Shown: positions 12,454 to 25,222, counted from the first letter of the stretch. The stretch is 64,000 bases of DNA from Octopus sinensis (GCF_006345805.1 NC_042999.1:13764001-13828000), one strand, 5' to 3'. Numbers and translations are program-made. Notes: generated from the letters alone by a model not told the origin.

Positions 12454-12729
12454 GATCCTGAGGTTGAGAGTTCAATTCCCAGATCAGGCTGCGTGTTGTG
12501 TTCTTGAGCAAGACACTTTATTTCACATTGCATCAGTTCACTCAGCTGTAGAAATAAGTTGCAACATCACTGGTTCCAAGTTGTATTGGCCCCTTTGCCC
12601 TTCCCTTGGACAATATCTATGGCATGGAGAGAGGAAGCTGGTATGCATGAGCGACTGCCGGTCTTCCATAAACAACCTTGCTGGACTTGCACCTAAGAAC
12701 GGAATTTTCTAGGTGCAATCCCATAGTCA
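12454..12729 (+). mobile_element. SINE-D, 5'-truncated, with an 88-bp flanking duplication
   Basis: TTGTGTTCTTGAGCAAGACACTTTATTTCAC...CCATAAACAACCTTGC; matches the 22950 copy. Confidence 0.85.
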
Positions 12730-13429
12730 TAATAATTCTTTTGAATTTTTGGCCAGCAGCTTTGAGGGGAGCAGACAAATTGATAGCATCAACCCCAATT
12801 TTTGACTTTTATTGTATTTTATAACCCCAAAGAAGATAAAAGGCAAAGTGGACCACATCAGAAATTGAACTCAGAATGTAAAGAAACAGAAATGGTTTCT
12901 GATTTAGGTTTGAGACCAGCAATTTTTATTAGAAGAGAGGTTAGTCAATTACATCAACCCCAGTACTTGACTGATGCTTTATCAACCCCAAAAGGATAAA
13001 AAGCAAACTTGACCTGGGTAGGATTTGAACTCAGAAATATAAAGAAGCAGAAAGAATGCTGAAATACATTTCCCCGAGTGCTCTCACGACATTTTAAAGA
13101 TCCAAACACAAAGCATAATTTATAACAAAAATCAATATATTGTATTTTTCAAGGCAAAGTATAATTTAGTTTGACATGACCATTTTTTTAGGGGCCCTAT
13201 ATGACACTGGCACTTCGTTATTTTGTTATTGGCATCAAGATTAAATACTAAAAATTTGATTGATCTGTCTTAATGGCACTAAGATTAAAATCAATATGGC
13301 TATTACCATGACTCTCATTATCATCATCATCATCATAGTCATAATCATCATTGTTATTAATCAGTATCTTAAAGTCTTTCATTTAATCAGAGATTACAAC
13401 TTGACAATATCTAACATTTGTCAAAGGTG

Positions 13430-13568
13430 TGGAAGTGGTTGTGAGGTAAGAAGTTCGCTTCCCAACCACATGGCTCCAAGTTCAGTCCGGCTGTGTGGCA
13501 CCTTGGGTAAGTGTCTTCAACCCGAAGCCGTGTGAGTGATTTGGTAGACGAAAACTGAAAGAAGCCCA

Positions 13569-13604
<36 letters not shown>

Positions 13605-14035
13605 CTTTATTGCCCACAAGGGATAAACACAGAGGGGACAGACAAAGGGATTAAGTCGATTACATCGACCCCAGTGCGTAACTGGTACTTTATTTATCGA
13701 CCCCGAAAGGATGAAAGGCAAAGTCAACCTCGGCGGAATTTGAACTCAGAACATAGCGGCAGACGAAATACTGCTAAGCATTTCGCCCGGCGTGCTAACG
13801 TTTCTGCCAGCTAAACGCCTTATATATATATATACACATGTGTGTGTGTCCCCTATCACCACTTATTGGCATGTTTTCATAGCCATAACTTAGCAGTTTG
13901 GCATACGAGACAAATAAATTTCCAGGCTTAATCAAAGTAAGTACTGGGATTGATTTCTTCAACTAAAATTCTTCAAGCAGTGCCCTGGCATGGCCGTAGT
14001 CTAATGACTGAAACAAGTAAAAGATAAAAGATTTA
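13430..14035 (+). mobile_element. SINE-B interrupted by SINE-A (13602-13818, minus) in its internal (TA)n
   Basis: Both SINE-B halves and the nested SINE-A are recognisable. Confidence 0.8.
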
Positions 14036-14064
14036 AAAGTAATAATAAAAACAATAATAATAAT

Positions 14065-14501
14065 AACCCTTTCTACTAAAGGCACAAGGCCTGAAATTTG
14101 GGGGGGGAAGGGGACTAGTTGATTACATCAACCCCAGTGTTTCACTGGTACTTATTTCATTTACCTTGAAAGGATGAAAAGCAAAGTTGACCTTGGCAGA
14201 ATTTGAACTCGGAACATAGCGATGGATGAAATACTGCTAAGTATTTTGTCCAGCGTGCTAACAATTCTGCCAGCTTGCTGATAATAATCATCTTTTCTAC
14301 TATAGGCACAAGGCCTGAAATTGTTTATTTTTGGGTGGGAGCTAGTTGATTACATCGACCCCAGTGCGTAACTGGTACTTATTTAATTGGCCCCGAAAGG
14401 ATGAAAGGTAAAGTCGACCTCAGTGGAATTTGAGCTCAGAATGAAAAGCTAGACAATGTGTCACTAAGCATTTTGGCTGGCATGCTAAAGATTCTGCCAG
14501 C

Positions 14502-14502
<1 letters not shown>
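14065..14502 (-). mobile_element. Two SINE-A copies
   Basis: Consensus match. Confidence 0.8.
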
Positions 14503-14540
<38 letters not shown>

Positions 14541-14734
14541 AAAAATGAAAAGCAAAAGGAAATTGTCCTGAAGGATTCTAAGAACGGTAAACCTTTTAGG
14601 CGCAACAAGAAAGGCCAAATACATAAAGCTGCTTGGCCAGGTGTGGTTGTGTGGTAAAGAAGTTTACTTCACAACCACATGGTTTCAGGTTCAATTCCAC
14701 TGTACTGCACCTTGAGCAAGTGTTTTCTACAATA

Positions 14735-15165
14735 GGTGTAGGAGTGGCTGTATGGTAAGTAGCTTGCTTACGAACCACATGGTTCCGGGTTCAGTCCCAC
14801 GGTGTGGCACCTTGGACAAGCGTCTTCTACTATAGTCTCGGGCCGACCAAAGCCTTGTGAGTGGATTTGGTAGATGGAAAAGTAAAGAAGCCCATCCTGT
14901 ACAAACAGAGTGTTTGGGATATATTTAGCCCTTAAAAGAAGCCCATCGTGTATATGTGTATATGTATATGTATGTATGTGTCTGTGTGTGTGTGTGTGTG
15001 TGTGTGTATGTTTGTGTGTCTACGTCCTTGTAACTTTGCAGTTTGGCAAAAGAGACTGATAGAATAAGTACTAGGCTTACAAAGAATAAGTCCTAGGGTC
15101 GATTTGCTCGACTAAAGGTGGTGCTCCAGTATGGCCACGGTCAAATGACTGAAACAAGTAAAACA
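14735..15165 (+). mobile_element. SINE-B with a 38-bp internal insertion
   Basis: Consensus match. Confidence 0.85.
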
Positions 15166-15249
15166 GTGATAGTCTCAGGCCTACCAAAACCTTGCGGGTG
15201 AATTTGGTGACCACAAACTGTAAAAAGCTTGTCATATCAATATCATTAT

Positions 15250-15470
15250 CATCATTGGCATCATCATCATCATCATTTAATGTCCATCTTCCATACTGGC
15301 ATGTGTTGGACAATTTGATAGGATCCAGTGAGCCACAGGGCTGTATCAAACTCCATTGTCAGATTCAGAATGGTTTCCAAGGCTAGATGCCTTTCCTAGT
15401 ACCAACCACTTTACAGGTTATACAGGGAGCTTTTCTTCATGCCATTAGCCCTAGTTAGGTTGCCAAGTAA
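15250..15470 (-). mobile_element. SINE-C, diverged
   Basis: Consensus match. Confidence 0.7.
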
Positions 15471-15720
15471 CTTGCAAGACGTGCATGTGCACGCGTGCGG
15501 TGTGTGTGTTCATACGTATGTACATATGTATGTGTATGGTTTGTGGCTCTTTGTCGTAACTTGGCATGCTGGAAGAAAACGAGTATCATTGTCATATATT
15601 AGGTGTCTTATTTTCCATTTTCCATGGAAACATGTCCAGTTATTTTCTGACTATTTCTAAACAGGAGACATTCAGCATTACTTCATTTCAGGAATATATA
15701 TATATTTATATATATATATA

Positions 15721-15933
15721 CTTTATTTAAAGCAGCAGAAAATTCAACAAAACCTGTTACTCTGAGTTTCCCGTTGCCGTTCATCAGCAAAAACTGTCCG
15801 ATGAATGGCAACGGGAAACTCAGAGTAACAGGTTTTGTTGAATTTTCTGCTGCTTTAAATAAAGCATATTACTCTACCACTGGTATTTGAGAACTCTTTT
15901 TTCCACCTTGTTTCACATTTATGTGTTTACTCC

Positions 15934-15936
<3 letters not shown>
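15721..15936 (+). mobile_element. Penelope-like fold-back remnant
   Basis: About 65-bp inverted arms (15721-15785 / 15800-15864) plus an unpaired 3' extension, flanked by (TA)n; contains a hammerhead motif. Confidence 0.65.
15788..15837 (+). ncRNA. Minimal hammerhead ribozyme of a second family (U4C mutant); mirror copy on minus strand at 15754-15791
   Basis: CAAAAACTGT-CcGATGA-ATGGCAACGG-GAAAC-TCAGA-GTA-ACAGGTTTTG; stem I 9/10 bp. The minus copy has an intact CTGATGA but has lost stem I. Confidence 0.7.
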
Positions 15937-15981
<45 letters not shown>

Positions 15982-16046
15982 AAAAATGAAGTTTGAAAAT
16001 GCTGCTATATTAGACAAATTTTTAATTTTTATATATACATTATTTA

Positions 16047-16089
16047 TTTAACATGTTTCGGTTCTTGAAATGACGAACCTTATCAAAAA
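16047..16089 (-). ncRNA. Degenerate minimal hammerhead
   Basis: Minus: TTT-tTGATaA-GGTTC(10 nt)GAACC-GAAAC-AT-GTT-AAA; perfect 5-bp stem II, palindrome AACATGTT, two core substitutions. Confidence 0.45.
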
Positions 16090-16771
16090 AAATTATATAT
16101 AAAAAAGATAGTTCATGCTATCAAATATAAAAAATTCATATATATATATATATATATATATATACCAAACTATCTAAAAAATGTCAAAAGAATTGATCGG
16201 CTGTTGCTATATAAATTATTACGCATCTCTGAAGAAGCAAGGATGAGGAACAAAAAACTGAGAATACTCATTACACACGTGCATAGGATAGATAAATGCT
16301 TCTTTTTTTTCTTTTTCTTTTTTTTTTTTTGGTAGTCAGATATTTGGGAATATTTTTTGACATGATAGAAACTTCTGACACCAAACCAGTCCATCACATA
16401 ATTTTTTTTCTGTGCAATTATCATAGAACTAATGTCAAAATTTTCATTCCAAATGATTAAGGAATGTGCCGTTACAATGCCATCCTTTATATTTTTGGTT
16501 CAGCTAAATAACTACTTTGGAATCAAAAGGACTTTTATACAAACTTCTTTTTGACTAGTCACATGTTTGCTTCTCGTAAAGAGAGGAAAAATATATACAT
16601 TGTTAATTGCATTAAGTGGTATATTATTGGTTCTTAGCAACATCAATAATATCTCAATAAATGTTTGCTTATAGGATTTGAACGAAAAAAAACGTGACAA
16701 AAGTACATACGAGGTTGCATCTGGCACTCTACCATCTCTGCTGTTGCTACCACTATCACTGCCATTATCCG

Positions 16772-17150
16772 TTTCTTTACTACCCACAAGGGGCTAAACA
16801 TAGAGAGGACAAACGGATTAAATCGATTATATCAACCCCAGTGCGTAACTGGTACTTAATTTATTGACCCCAAAAGGATGAAAGGCAAAGTCGACCTTGG
16901 CGGAATTTGAACTCAGGACGTAATGACAGGCGAAATACCACTAAGCATAGTGGGGACAAACAAGGACGGACAAAGGGATTAAGTCGATTACATTGACCCC
17001 AGTGCATAACTGGTACTTAATTTGTTGACCCCGAAAGGATGAAAGGCAAAGTCGACCTTGGCGGAATTTGAACTCAGAACGTAGCGGTAGACAAAATACT
17101 GCTAAGCATTTCGTCCGGCATGCTAATGTTTCTGCCAGTTTGCCACCTTA
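16772..17150 (-). mobile_element. SINE-A dimer-like
   Basis: Two central domains in tandem. Confidence 0.85.
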
Positions 17151-17592
17151 CCTTTTCTCATCTAAATCTCTGCTTGCTTCATGCCTTCAGAGGTATGAAA
17201 AATTACAAACCTCTTACTTGAAAAACAGGTAAGGGTTAGCAACAGAAAGGGCATCCAGCTGTAAAAAAAACAATGCCTTCAAAATAGAGAGCTGTTACCT
17301 CTGCTGCAGTGAGACCATTCTCTCAATGGACGAAGAGAAGTTTGTTTAATGCTTGTGTACGATGTACAATGTACAAAGTGCAATATTGCATGGTAACAAA
17401 ACAAAGGCAGAGGATGTACAGGATTTGTCAAGGTTTGAATGAAATGAGATGAGCAATATCCGAGTATGAAATGAGAATGTGTACAAACAGAGCACATCTC
17501 TACAGAGTAAAAGACTGGTTGTGATGATAGTGGTTGTTGTGATGGTGGAATGCTAGACTAGATGCTGTTTAGCATGTAGTTTTCGTGTGGTA

Positions 17593-18638
17593 AGTAGCTT
17601 GCTAACCAACCACATGGTTCCAGATTCAGACCCACTACATGGCTCCTACCGGCTTGTAGCTTGCTAACCAACCACATGGTTCCAGATTCAGTCCCACTAC
17701 ATGGCTCCTACCGGCTTGTAGCTTGCTAACCAACCACATGGTTCCAGATTCAGTCCCACTACATGGCTCCTACCGGCTTGTTGTAGCTTGCTAACCAACC
17801 ACATGGTTCCAGATTCAGTCCCACTACATGGCTCCTACCGGCTTGTAGCTTGCTAACCAACCACATGGTCCAGATTCAGTCCCACTACATGGCTCTACCG
17901 GCTTGTAGCTTGCTAACCAACCACATGGTTCCAGATTCAGTCCCACTACATGGCTCCTACGGCTTGTAGCTTGCTAACCAACCACATGGTTCCAGATTCA
18001 GTCCCACTACTGGCTCCTACCGGCTTGTAGCTTGCTACCAACCACATGGTTCCAGATTCAGTCCCACTACTGGCTCCTACCGGCTTGTAGCTTGCTAACC
18101 AACCACATGGTTCCAGATTCAGTCCCACTACATGGCTCCTACCGGTTTGTAGCTTGCTAACCAACCACATGGTTCCAGATTCAGTCCACTACATGGCTCC
18201 TACCGGCTTGTAGCTTGCTAACCAACCACATGGTTCCAGATTCAGTCCCACTACATGGCTCCTACCGGCTTGTAGCTTGCTAACCAACCCATGGTTCCAG
18301 ATTCAGTCCCACTACATGGCTCCTACCGGCTTGTAGCTTGCTAACCAACCACATGGTTCAGATTCAGTCCCACTACATGGCTCCTACCGGCTTGTAGCTT
18401 GCTAACCAACCACATGGTTCCAGATTCAGTCCCACTACATGGCTCCTACCGGCTTGTAGCTTGCTAACCAACCACATGGTTCCAGATTCAGTCCCACTAC
18501 ATGGCTCCTACCGGCTTGTAGCTTGCTAACCAACCACATGGTTCCAGATTCAGTCCCACTACATGGCTCCTACCGGCTTGTAGCTTGCTAACCAACCACA
18601 TGGTTCCAGATTCAGTCCCACTACATGGCTCCTACCAG
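17593..18638 (+). repeat. 62-bp tandem array (about 17 copies) derived from the SINE-B tRNA-like head
   Basis: Unit GTAGCTTGCTAACCAACCACATGGTTCCAGATTCAGTCCCACTACATGGCTCCTACCGGCTT. Confidence 0.95.
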
Positions 18639-18864
18639 CTTCACAACATACCTAATCAAGGGACATAACTCCTAACCAAATCCCCTGGCCCGTTTTTTTG
18701 TTTCACCACTTTTTTCGCAACAGCCGCCATATTCCCTTCCATATCGGCTACCTCTGAGTGTAATTATGTAATTGGATTGTTACCTAACACTCAAATGTAT
18801 TTTTGCATGAAACCAATTGGTAAGACCAACCATGAGGGACACTTAATACTATAAAATTCAGTTA

Positions 18865-19130
18865 ATCATCATCATCATCATCACTTAATGTCTGCTTTCC
18901 ATGCTAGCATAGGTTGGACGGTTCAACTGGGGACTGGTTCAACTGGCACCAGGCCCAGTCTGATCTGGTAGTGTTTCTACAGTTGGATGCCCTTCCTAAT
19001 GCCAACCACTCCGTGAGTGTAGTGGGTGCTTTTTACGTGTCACTGGCACATGTGTCACTGGCACATGTGCCAGATGAGGCTGGCAAACGGCCACGATCAG
19101 ATGGTGCTTTTTACATGCCACCGGCACGAA
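18865..19130 (-). mobile_element. SINE-C
   Basis: Consensus match. Confidence 0.85.
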
Positions 19131-19186
19131 GATATATATATATATATAAGAGACAGGATCTCCATAAAGTAATTAATTGTCAGTTT

Positions 19187-19500
19187 AATGTGAATTATTT
19201 AGTATAGCAATTTTTAGTACAATATTAATAATAATGTCATTTTAATGTGCATTCTTTAATGTATATTATTTAGTATAGAAATTTTTAGTACAATATTAAT
19301 AATAATGTCGTTTTAATGTGCATTCTTTAATGTATATTATTTAGTATAGAAATTTTTAGTACAATATTAATAATAATGTCGTCTTAATGTGAATTATTTA
19401 CTATAGAAATTTTTAGTACAATATTAATAATAATGCCGTTTTAATGTGTATTCTTTAATGTATATTGTTTATTACAGAAATTTTTAGTACAATGTTAATA
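19187..19500 (+). repeat. AT-rich tandem repeat of about 71 bp within an element with short inverted ends
   Basis: TTTTTAGTACAATATTAATAATAATG repeated; AGACAGGATCTCCATAAAGTAATT at about 19150 is inverted at about 19555-19578. Confidence 0.8.
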
Positions 19501-19744
19501 CTAATATATTTAATTTTATATTTTATTATAGATAATATCTTTCATTATTAATTGAATTACTTTATGGAGGTTCTGTCTCTTAATTCTATATATATTTAAT
19601 ATATCGTGAAATTTGATTTAGTATTGCTAAATTGAGTTTGTTTTCCCCTGTTGCCTTGGAATTTTATATTCCCTGATGATGATGATATATATATATATAC
19701 AAAATTTAGAGGATTGACCACTAAAAAAAATGGACAGCCTATAT

Positions 19745-20062
19745 GCTAGATATCACGTGATCACGTGACCGATCAGGCTTTCAGATGTTGCTACACATTG
19801 CTGGTCACAATGCGCTTTGCATTGTTTTAGCCTTCAAATGAAGCCACCCTGCTGGCTAAGCGAACAGGCCAACTGAAGAAAGAGTGAGAGAAAGTTGCAC
19901 CGAAAGAGTACAGCAGGGATCGCCACCACCCCCTGCCGAAGCCTCATGGAGCTTTAGGTGTTTTCGCTCAATAAACACTCACAATGCCCGGTGTGTGAAT
20001 CGAAACCGCGATCCTACAACCGCGAGTCTACTGGCCTAACCACCGGGCCATTGCACCTCCAT
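19745..20062 (-). mobile_element. SINE-E variant
   Basis: Same head and body as the 10985 copy, different 3' part. Confidence 0.8.
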
Positions 20063-20191
20063 CTATGCTAGATATAGACGTCAAAATAGCCATTTTCCAC
20101 AAAGAATGTGTTCTCAAGAAAAAATTCAGCAAAAAACCAAAGTGTAAAAATGTAAAATTTAATTTTAAATTTTATATATATATATATATAC

Positions 20192-20405
20192 TCTTTACTC
20201 TTTTACTTGTTTCAGTCATTTGACTGCGGCCATGCTGGAGCACCGCCTTTAGTCGAGCATATCGACCCTGGGACTTATTCTATGTAAGCCCAGTACTTAT
20301 TCTATCAATCTCTTTTTGCCGAACCGCTAAGTGACGGGGACATAAACACACCAGCATTGTTTGTCAAGCGATGGTGGGGGGACAAACACAGACACACAAA
20401 CATAT

Positions 20406-20438
<33 letters not shown>

Positions 20439-20609
20439 CATATATACGACAGGCTTCTTTCAGTTTCCGTCTACCAAATCCACTCACAAGGCATTGGTCG
20501 GCCCGAGGCTATAGTAGAAGACACTTGCCCAAGATGCCACGCAGTCGGACTGAACCCGGAACCATGTGGTTGCTAAGCAAGCTACTTACCACACAGCCAC
20601 TCCTGCGCC
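20192..20609 (-). mobile_element. SINE-B, full length
   Basis: Consensus match. Confidence 0.9.
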
Positions 20610-21049
20610 TATATATATATATATTCTAACTCATGCTACCATAGAAAAAGGGACATAAAACAAATGAACATATACCTAAGCTTCTACTAAAGTTACTTTC
20701 AATAAAGTAAATTGGTGTGTAGAACTAAAACACAGTTACATTTCGGAGTAAATTGGAAAGAACTGGTTAATTCTTTTGGAATGTAGAGACAACAAACTGC
20801 AGGTGAATATTGCATTAGATTTTCCATAGATCATCTTAAAAGATTCATTTGCAGAACAGACTTCTGTCACCAGATTAATGAGGATTCCAAGATTACTAAT
20901 CAATATGGCTGAAAACAAAATCTTATAACAGTTGCATTTGCTGTTTAGCACCGAGCCCTGATTGAAATAACCAAAGATCAAAAGCATTCCAACAATGACC
21001 ATCTGGTCCTACTCTGGAGCATTGTTTCTCTTTAACTAAATTACCTTAT

Positions 21050-21260
21050 GTTAGCGCGCTGGGCGAAATGCTTAGCTGTATTTCGTCTGTCGTTACATTT
21101 TGAGTTCAAATTCCACCGAGGTCGACTTTGCCTTTCATCCTTTCGGGGTCGATAAATAAAGTACCAGTTTCACACTGGGGTCGATGTAATCAACTTAATC
21201 CCTTTGTCTGTCCTTGTTTGTCCCCTCTGTTTTTAGCCCCTTGTGGGTAGTAAAGAAATA
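21050..21260 (+). mobile_element. SINE-A
   Basis: Consensus match. Confidence 0.85.
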
Positions 21261-21793
21261 TATATTACCTTACAGCCACCTCTCTTTCTCAAGATGTCAG
21301 GGAAAAATTTGAAAGAGATCTGGCTACTATTTCTAGCAGATGAAGCAACCACATAGGAGTAGAAGCTTCTTCGTTGGCACATCCAACAGTAAATGTGAAA
21401 TGCAAACCATCTGAAAATAACTGTTTTTTTAATAAGAACATGTTGATAACATTTTCTTTTTAAGTAGGTCAGCTAATTAAACACAGTTTAAATTTATCTT
21501 CGTCTCTTACATAAAAACAGAACTTCAAATTTAGAAGAGAAAGAGAGGAGAGAAAAAAGTATTTAGAAACTCTAGTGAGAGCAGAAGGTCTTCAGAGAAG
21601 ACACTCCTGCACATGCAAGTGTTTTGACCCTTAAATCCTTACATTCAAAGGGGATCAGGTTGCATCCAGATCATGACTCTTGGGTCACCTCCTGTCACAT
21701 ATTCTGTGCTACTGTCTGCATTGCAACCCTCCTGGGTGGTTAAGATACTCCTGAACCAAGGTACTTTGTGGTTGCAACCAGTTCAGTCTAAGA

Positions 21794-22211
21794 TACCTAT
21801 TTCTTTACTACCCACAAGGGGCTAAACACAGGGTGACAAACAAAGACATACAAAAGGATTAAGTCGATTACATCAACCCCAGTGCATAACTGGTACTTAT
21901 TTATTCGACCCCGAAAGGATGAAAAGCAAAGTCGACCTCAGCGGTATTTGAACTCAGAATGTAACAGCAGACAAAATACCTATTTCTTTACTACCCACAA
22001 GGGGCTAAACAAGAGGGGACAAACAAAGACATACAAACGGATTAAGTCGATTACATCAACCCCAGTGCGTAACTGGTACTTATTTATTCGACCTCGAAAG
22101 GATGAAAGGCAAAGTCGACCTCGGCGGAATTTGAACTCAGAACGTAACGGCAGACGAAATACGGCTACGCATTTCGCCCGGCGTGCTAACATTTCTGCCA
22201 GCTCACCGCCT
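21794..22211 (-). mobile_element. SINE-A dimer with a 16-bp TSD
   Basis: 183-bp period; TTCAGTCTAAGATACC flanks. Confidence 0.9.
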
Positions 22212-22949
22212 TCAGTCTAAGATACCATTTGATTGTAGAGTAAATTAAGCCTTATGTAATTTACTGGCACTCCTCTTTGACCTGATCCACCTGGAACTCT
22301 TAGCTGCTTCTGCCATTACCTTAAGTATGGTATTTAGTGACGGAGAAGAGGCAGGCCTGGAGTGGAGAGAGAGAGCGTTTTGCTAACGAGATCACAAATG
22401 GCAACAAAAGGACTTTGACAAACTGACAGATTAATTAACTGAATGAATAAATGAATAATCAAACAATGGATCAATTAATTGGGTTAAATGGTTAACTAAT
22501 TGCTAATTGACACATAAAAAAAATGAAGTGAAACAGAATTTCTGTGCAGGCATGCGTATGTTTATAGGCATAATAAAACCTCCCAAGATACACCATAAAA
22601 CAGCTGAACTCTTGGTTAGTGTATGAAATGTGTTGACACATGGCAAAGCAGGAGAGGCAGTAGTAGTAACAGAAATGACAGCAAGTATAAACAGCTTGTT
22701 TGTCAGTGAGTTGCTAAAATGTATTGGTGAGAGAACTAAATGGTCTTTTCTTGAATGCAGTCTAGAGCGAATGTCTGTGTATAAACAACAGCTGCTCTGT
22801 CTTTATATGTGAGCAAGTTCTACTACAGTAAAGGACTTAAGCTTTGCAGATCAGCAGCTTATGAAGAGTGAAGTATATCCTGATTCTGAAGAGGAACCCG
22901 AGACTGTGTGATGCAGTGTTAGGAATGTTACACATGTGAAGGTGCATGG

Positions 22950-23280
22950 CTCAGTATTTAGAGCAGCAAGCTTATGATCCTGAGGTTGAGAGTCCGATTC
23001 CCAGATCAGGCTGTGTGTTGTGTTCTTGAGCAAGACACTTTATTTCACATTGCACCAGTTCTCTCAGCTGTAGAAATGAGTTGCAACATCACTGGTGGTA
23101 AGTTGTATCGGCCTTTGTCCTTCCCTTGGATAACATTGATGGCATGGAGATGGGAGGCCAGTATATGCATGAGCGACTGCTGGTCTTCCATAAACAACCT
23201 TGCTGGACTTGCGCCTCACAACGGAACTTTCTAGGTGCAACCCCATAATCCTTCATGACTGAAGTGGGGTCTTAAACTTT
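22950..23280 (+). mobile_element. SINE-D
   Basis: Matches the 12454 copy; another 3' fragment at 23900-24022. Confidence 0.85.
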
Positions 23281-23344
23281 ACTTTTTATACATGTCAGAG
23301 CAACAAAAGATTAAGAGGATTAGCTATTTGTTGACCTCAAGCAC

Positions 23345-23501
23345 CAGTGTGGCTGTGTGGTTAAGAAACTTGCTTTGCAACCTCATAGCTTTGGGTTCAG
23401 TCCCTCTGTGCAGCACCTTGGCAAGTGTTTTCTACAACAGCCCCAGGCTGATCAATGCTTTATGAGTAAATGTGATGCACAGAAACTGTGTAGACGCCCA
23501 C

Positions 23502-23571
<70 letters not shown>

Positions 23572-23885
23572 AAACCCCTCTGTCACAAATATATCATATA
23601 TAGGTGCAGGTGTAGTTGTGTGGTAAGAAGTTTGCTTCCCAACTGTATGGTTCCTGGTTCAGTCCCACTGTGCAGCACCTCTGGCAAGTGTTTTGTACTA
23701 TAGCCTCAGGTCAACCAAAGCTTTGTAAATGAACTTGGTAGCTGGAAACTGGAAGAAGCCCATCGTGCGTGTGTGTGTGCATATCTTTGAGTCTGTCCTC
23801 CCCACTGGTATGTTCAGCAAAAGAGACCAATAGAATAAGTACCAGGCTTTACAAAAACATAAATACCGCGGTTGATTCATTCAAC
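23345..23885 (+). mobile_element. Two diverged SINE-B copies separated by (GT)n
   Basis: Heads at about 23345 and 23605. Confidence 0.7.
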
Positions 23886-25222
23886 AAAAATTGTTATAGG
23901 GAGACTGGCATGCATGGGTGACTACCGGTCTTCCATAAACAACCTTGCCCAGATTTGTGCCTCGGAAGGGAACTTTCTAGGTGCAATTCCATGATCATTC
24001 ATGACTGAAAGTGGAGTCTTTACTTTTTACACATGTCAGGTCAACAAAAGATTAAGAGGATTAGCTAATCATGCCCCACTCCCTTTATGTCAAGGCGGTG
24101 CCCCAGCATGACCACAGTTCAAAGACTGAAACAAGTAAAAGAGAAAGATATACATGACAGCCTTCTTTCAGTTTCTACCACCCAAATCTATTCACAAGTC
24201 TTTGGTAAACCCTAGGCTAAAGAAGAACATATTGTCCAAGGTACCACACAGTGTGACTGAATCTTGATTTGGCAGAGTTTCTACAACTGGATGCCCTTCC
24301 TAACACCAACCACTCCAAGAGTGTAGTGGGTGCTTTTACGTGCCATCGGCACGGGGGGCCAGTAATGAATATGCACACATACACAAACTGGCACTCTGTT
24401 GGTCATGATGAAGAGAATTCCAATTGATCTGATCAATGGAACAGCCAGCTCATGAAATTAACATGCAAGCGGCTGAGAGCTCCACAAACACAAGTACCCT
24501 TAACATAGTTCTCAGGGGGATTCAGCATGACACAGAATGTGACAAGATTGGCCCTTTGAAATACAGGTACAATTCATTTTTCACCACCTGAATGGACTGG
24601 AGCAACATGTAAAAAGTGTCTTGCTCAATAACAGAACATGCTGCTGCGAATTGAACTTATGACCTTACAATTGTGAGCCAAATGCCCTAAACAACCATAA
24701 AAGAAGAACACATTGCGAGAGAAGAACACATTGTCCAAGGTGCCAAACAATTTGACTGAACCCAAGACCACATGATTGGGAATCAAGCTATATAACCACA
24801 CAGCCATACCTGCACCTTTAGTGATTGAAGACGAAACACTGCACTTGAAAACTGAAATAGAGTCACAAGTAGAACTTGGCAACGAAGATACATTGCCGTC
24901 TCGATTGTTTAATTATTATACAATATAATTAATTGGCTCTTTACAAATTATGATATAACATAATTGGCTCTCAACAAATGATAAGATAAATTCAATTGAA
25001 ACATAACTACACTTCAATTATTAACATTTAGTCCACTGAAGATAACTTTCAACAAGTTCTGATGAATATTTAGGATGGTTTGGTGAAATGAAGCGCAGAG
25101 AATAAAGTGTGATGTAAAATAATTAACCAAAAAAAAAAAAAAGGTGATTAAAGGCTCTTTCCAAGCTATAGGATCACAATATCAGTTTCCTGGATCTGTA
25201 GTGTATATATTCCACTATTGGA

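Noticed and set aside
16705-16770. Possible exon ending in a GTATGT donor (DNGSDSGSNSRDGRVPDATS)
   Set aside because: There is no acceptor (it abuts a SINE-A tail) and no recognisable homology.
17593-18638. CRISPR-like array
   Set aside because: The units are identical head-to-tail with no unique spacers, no cas genes are present, the context is eukaryotic, and the unit derives from a SINE head.
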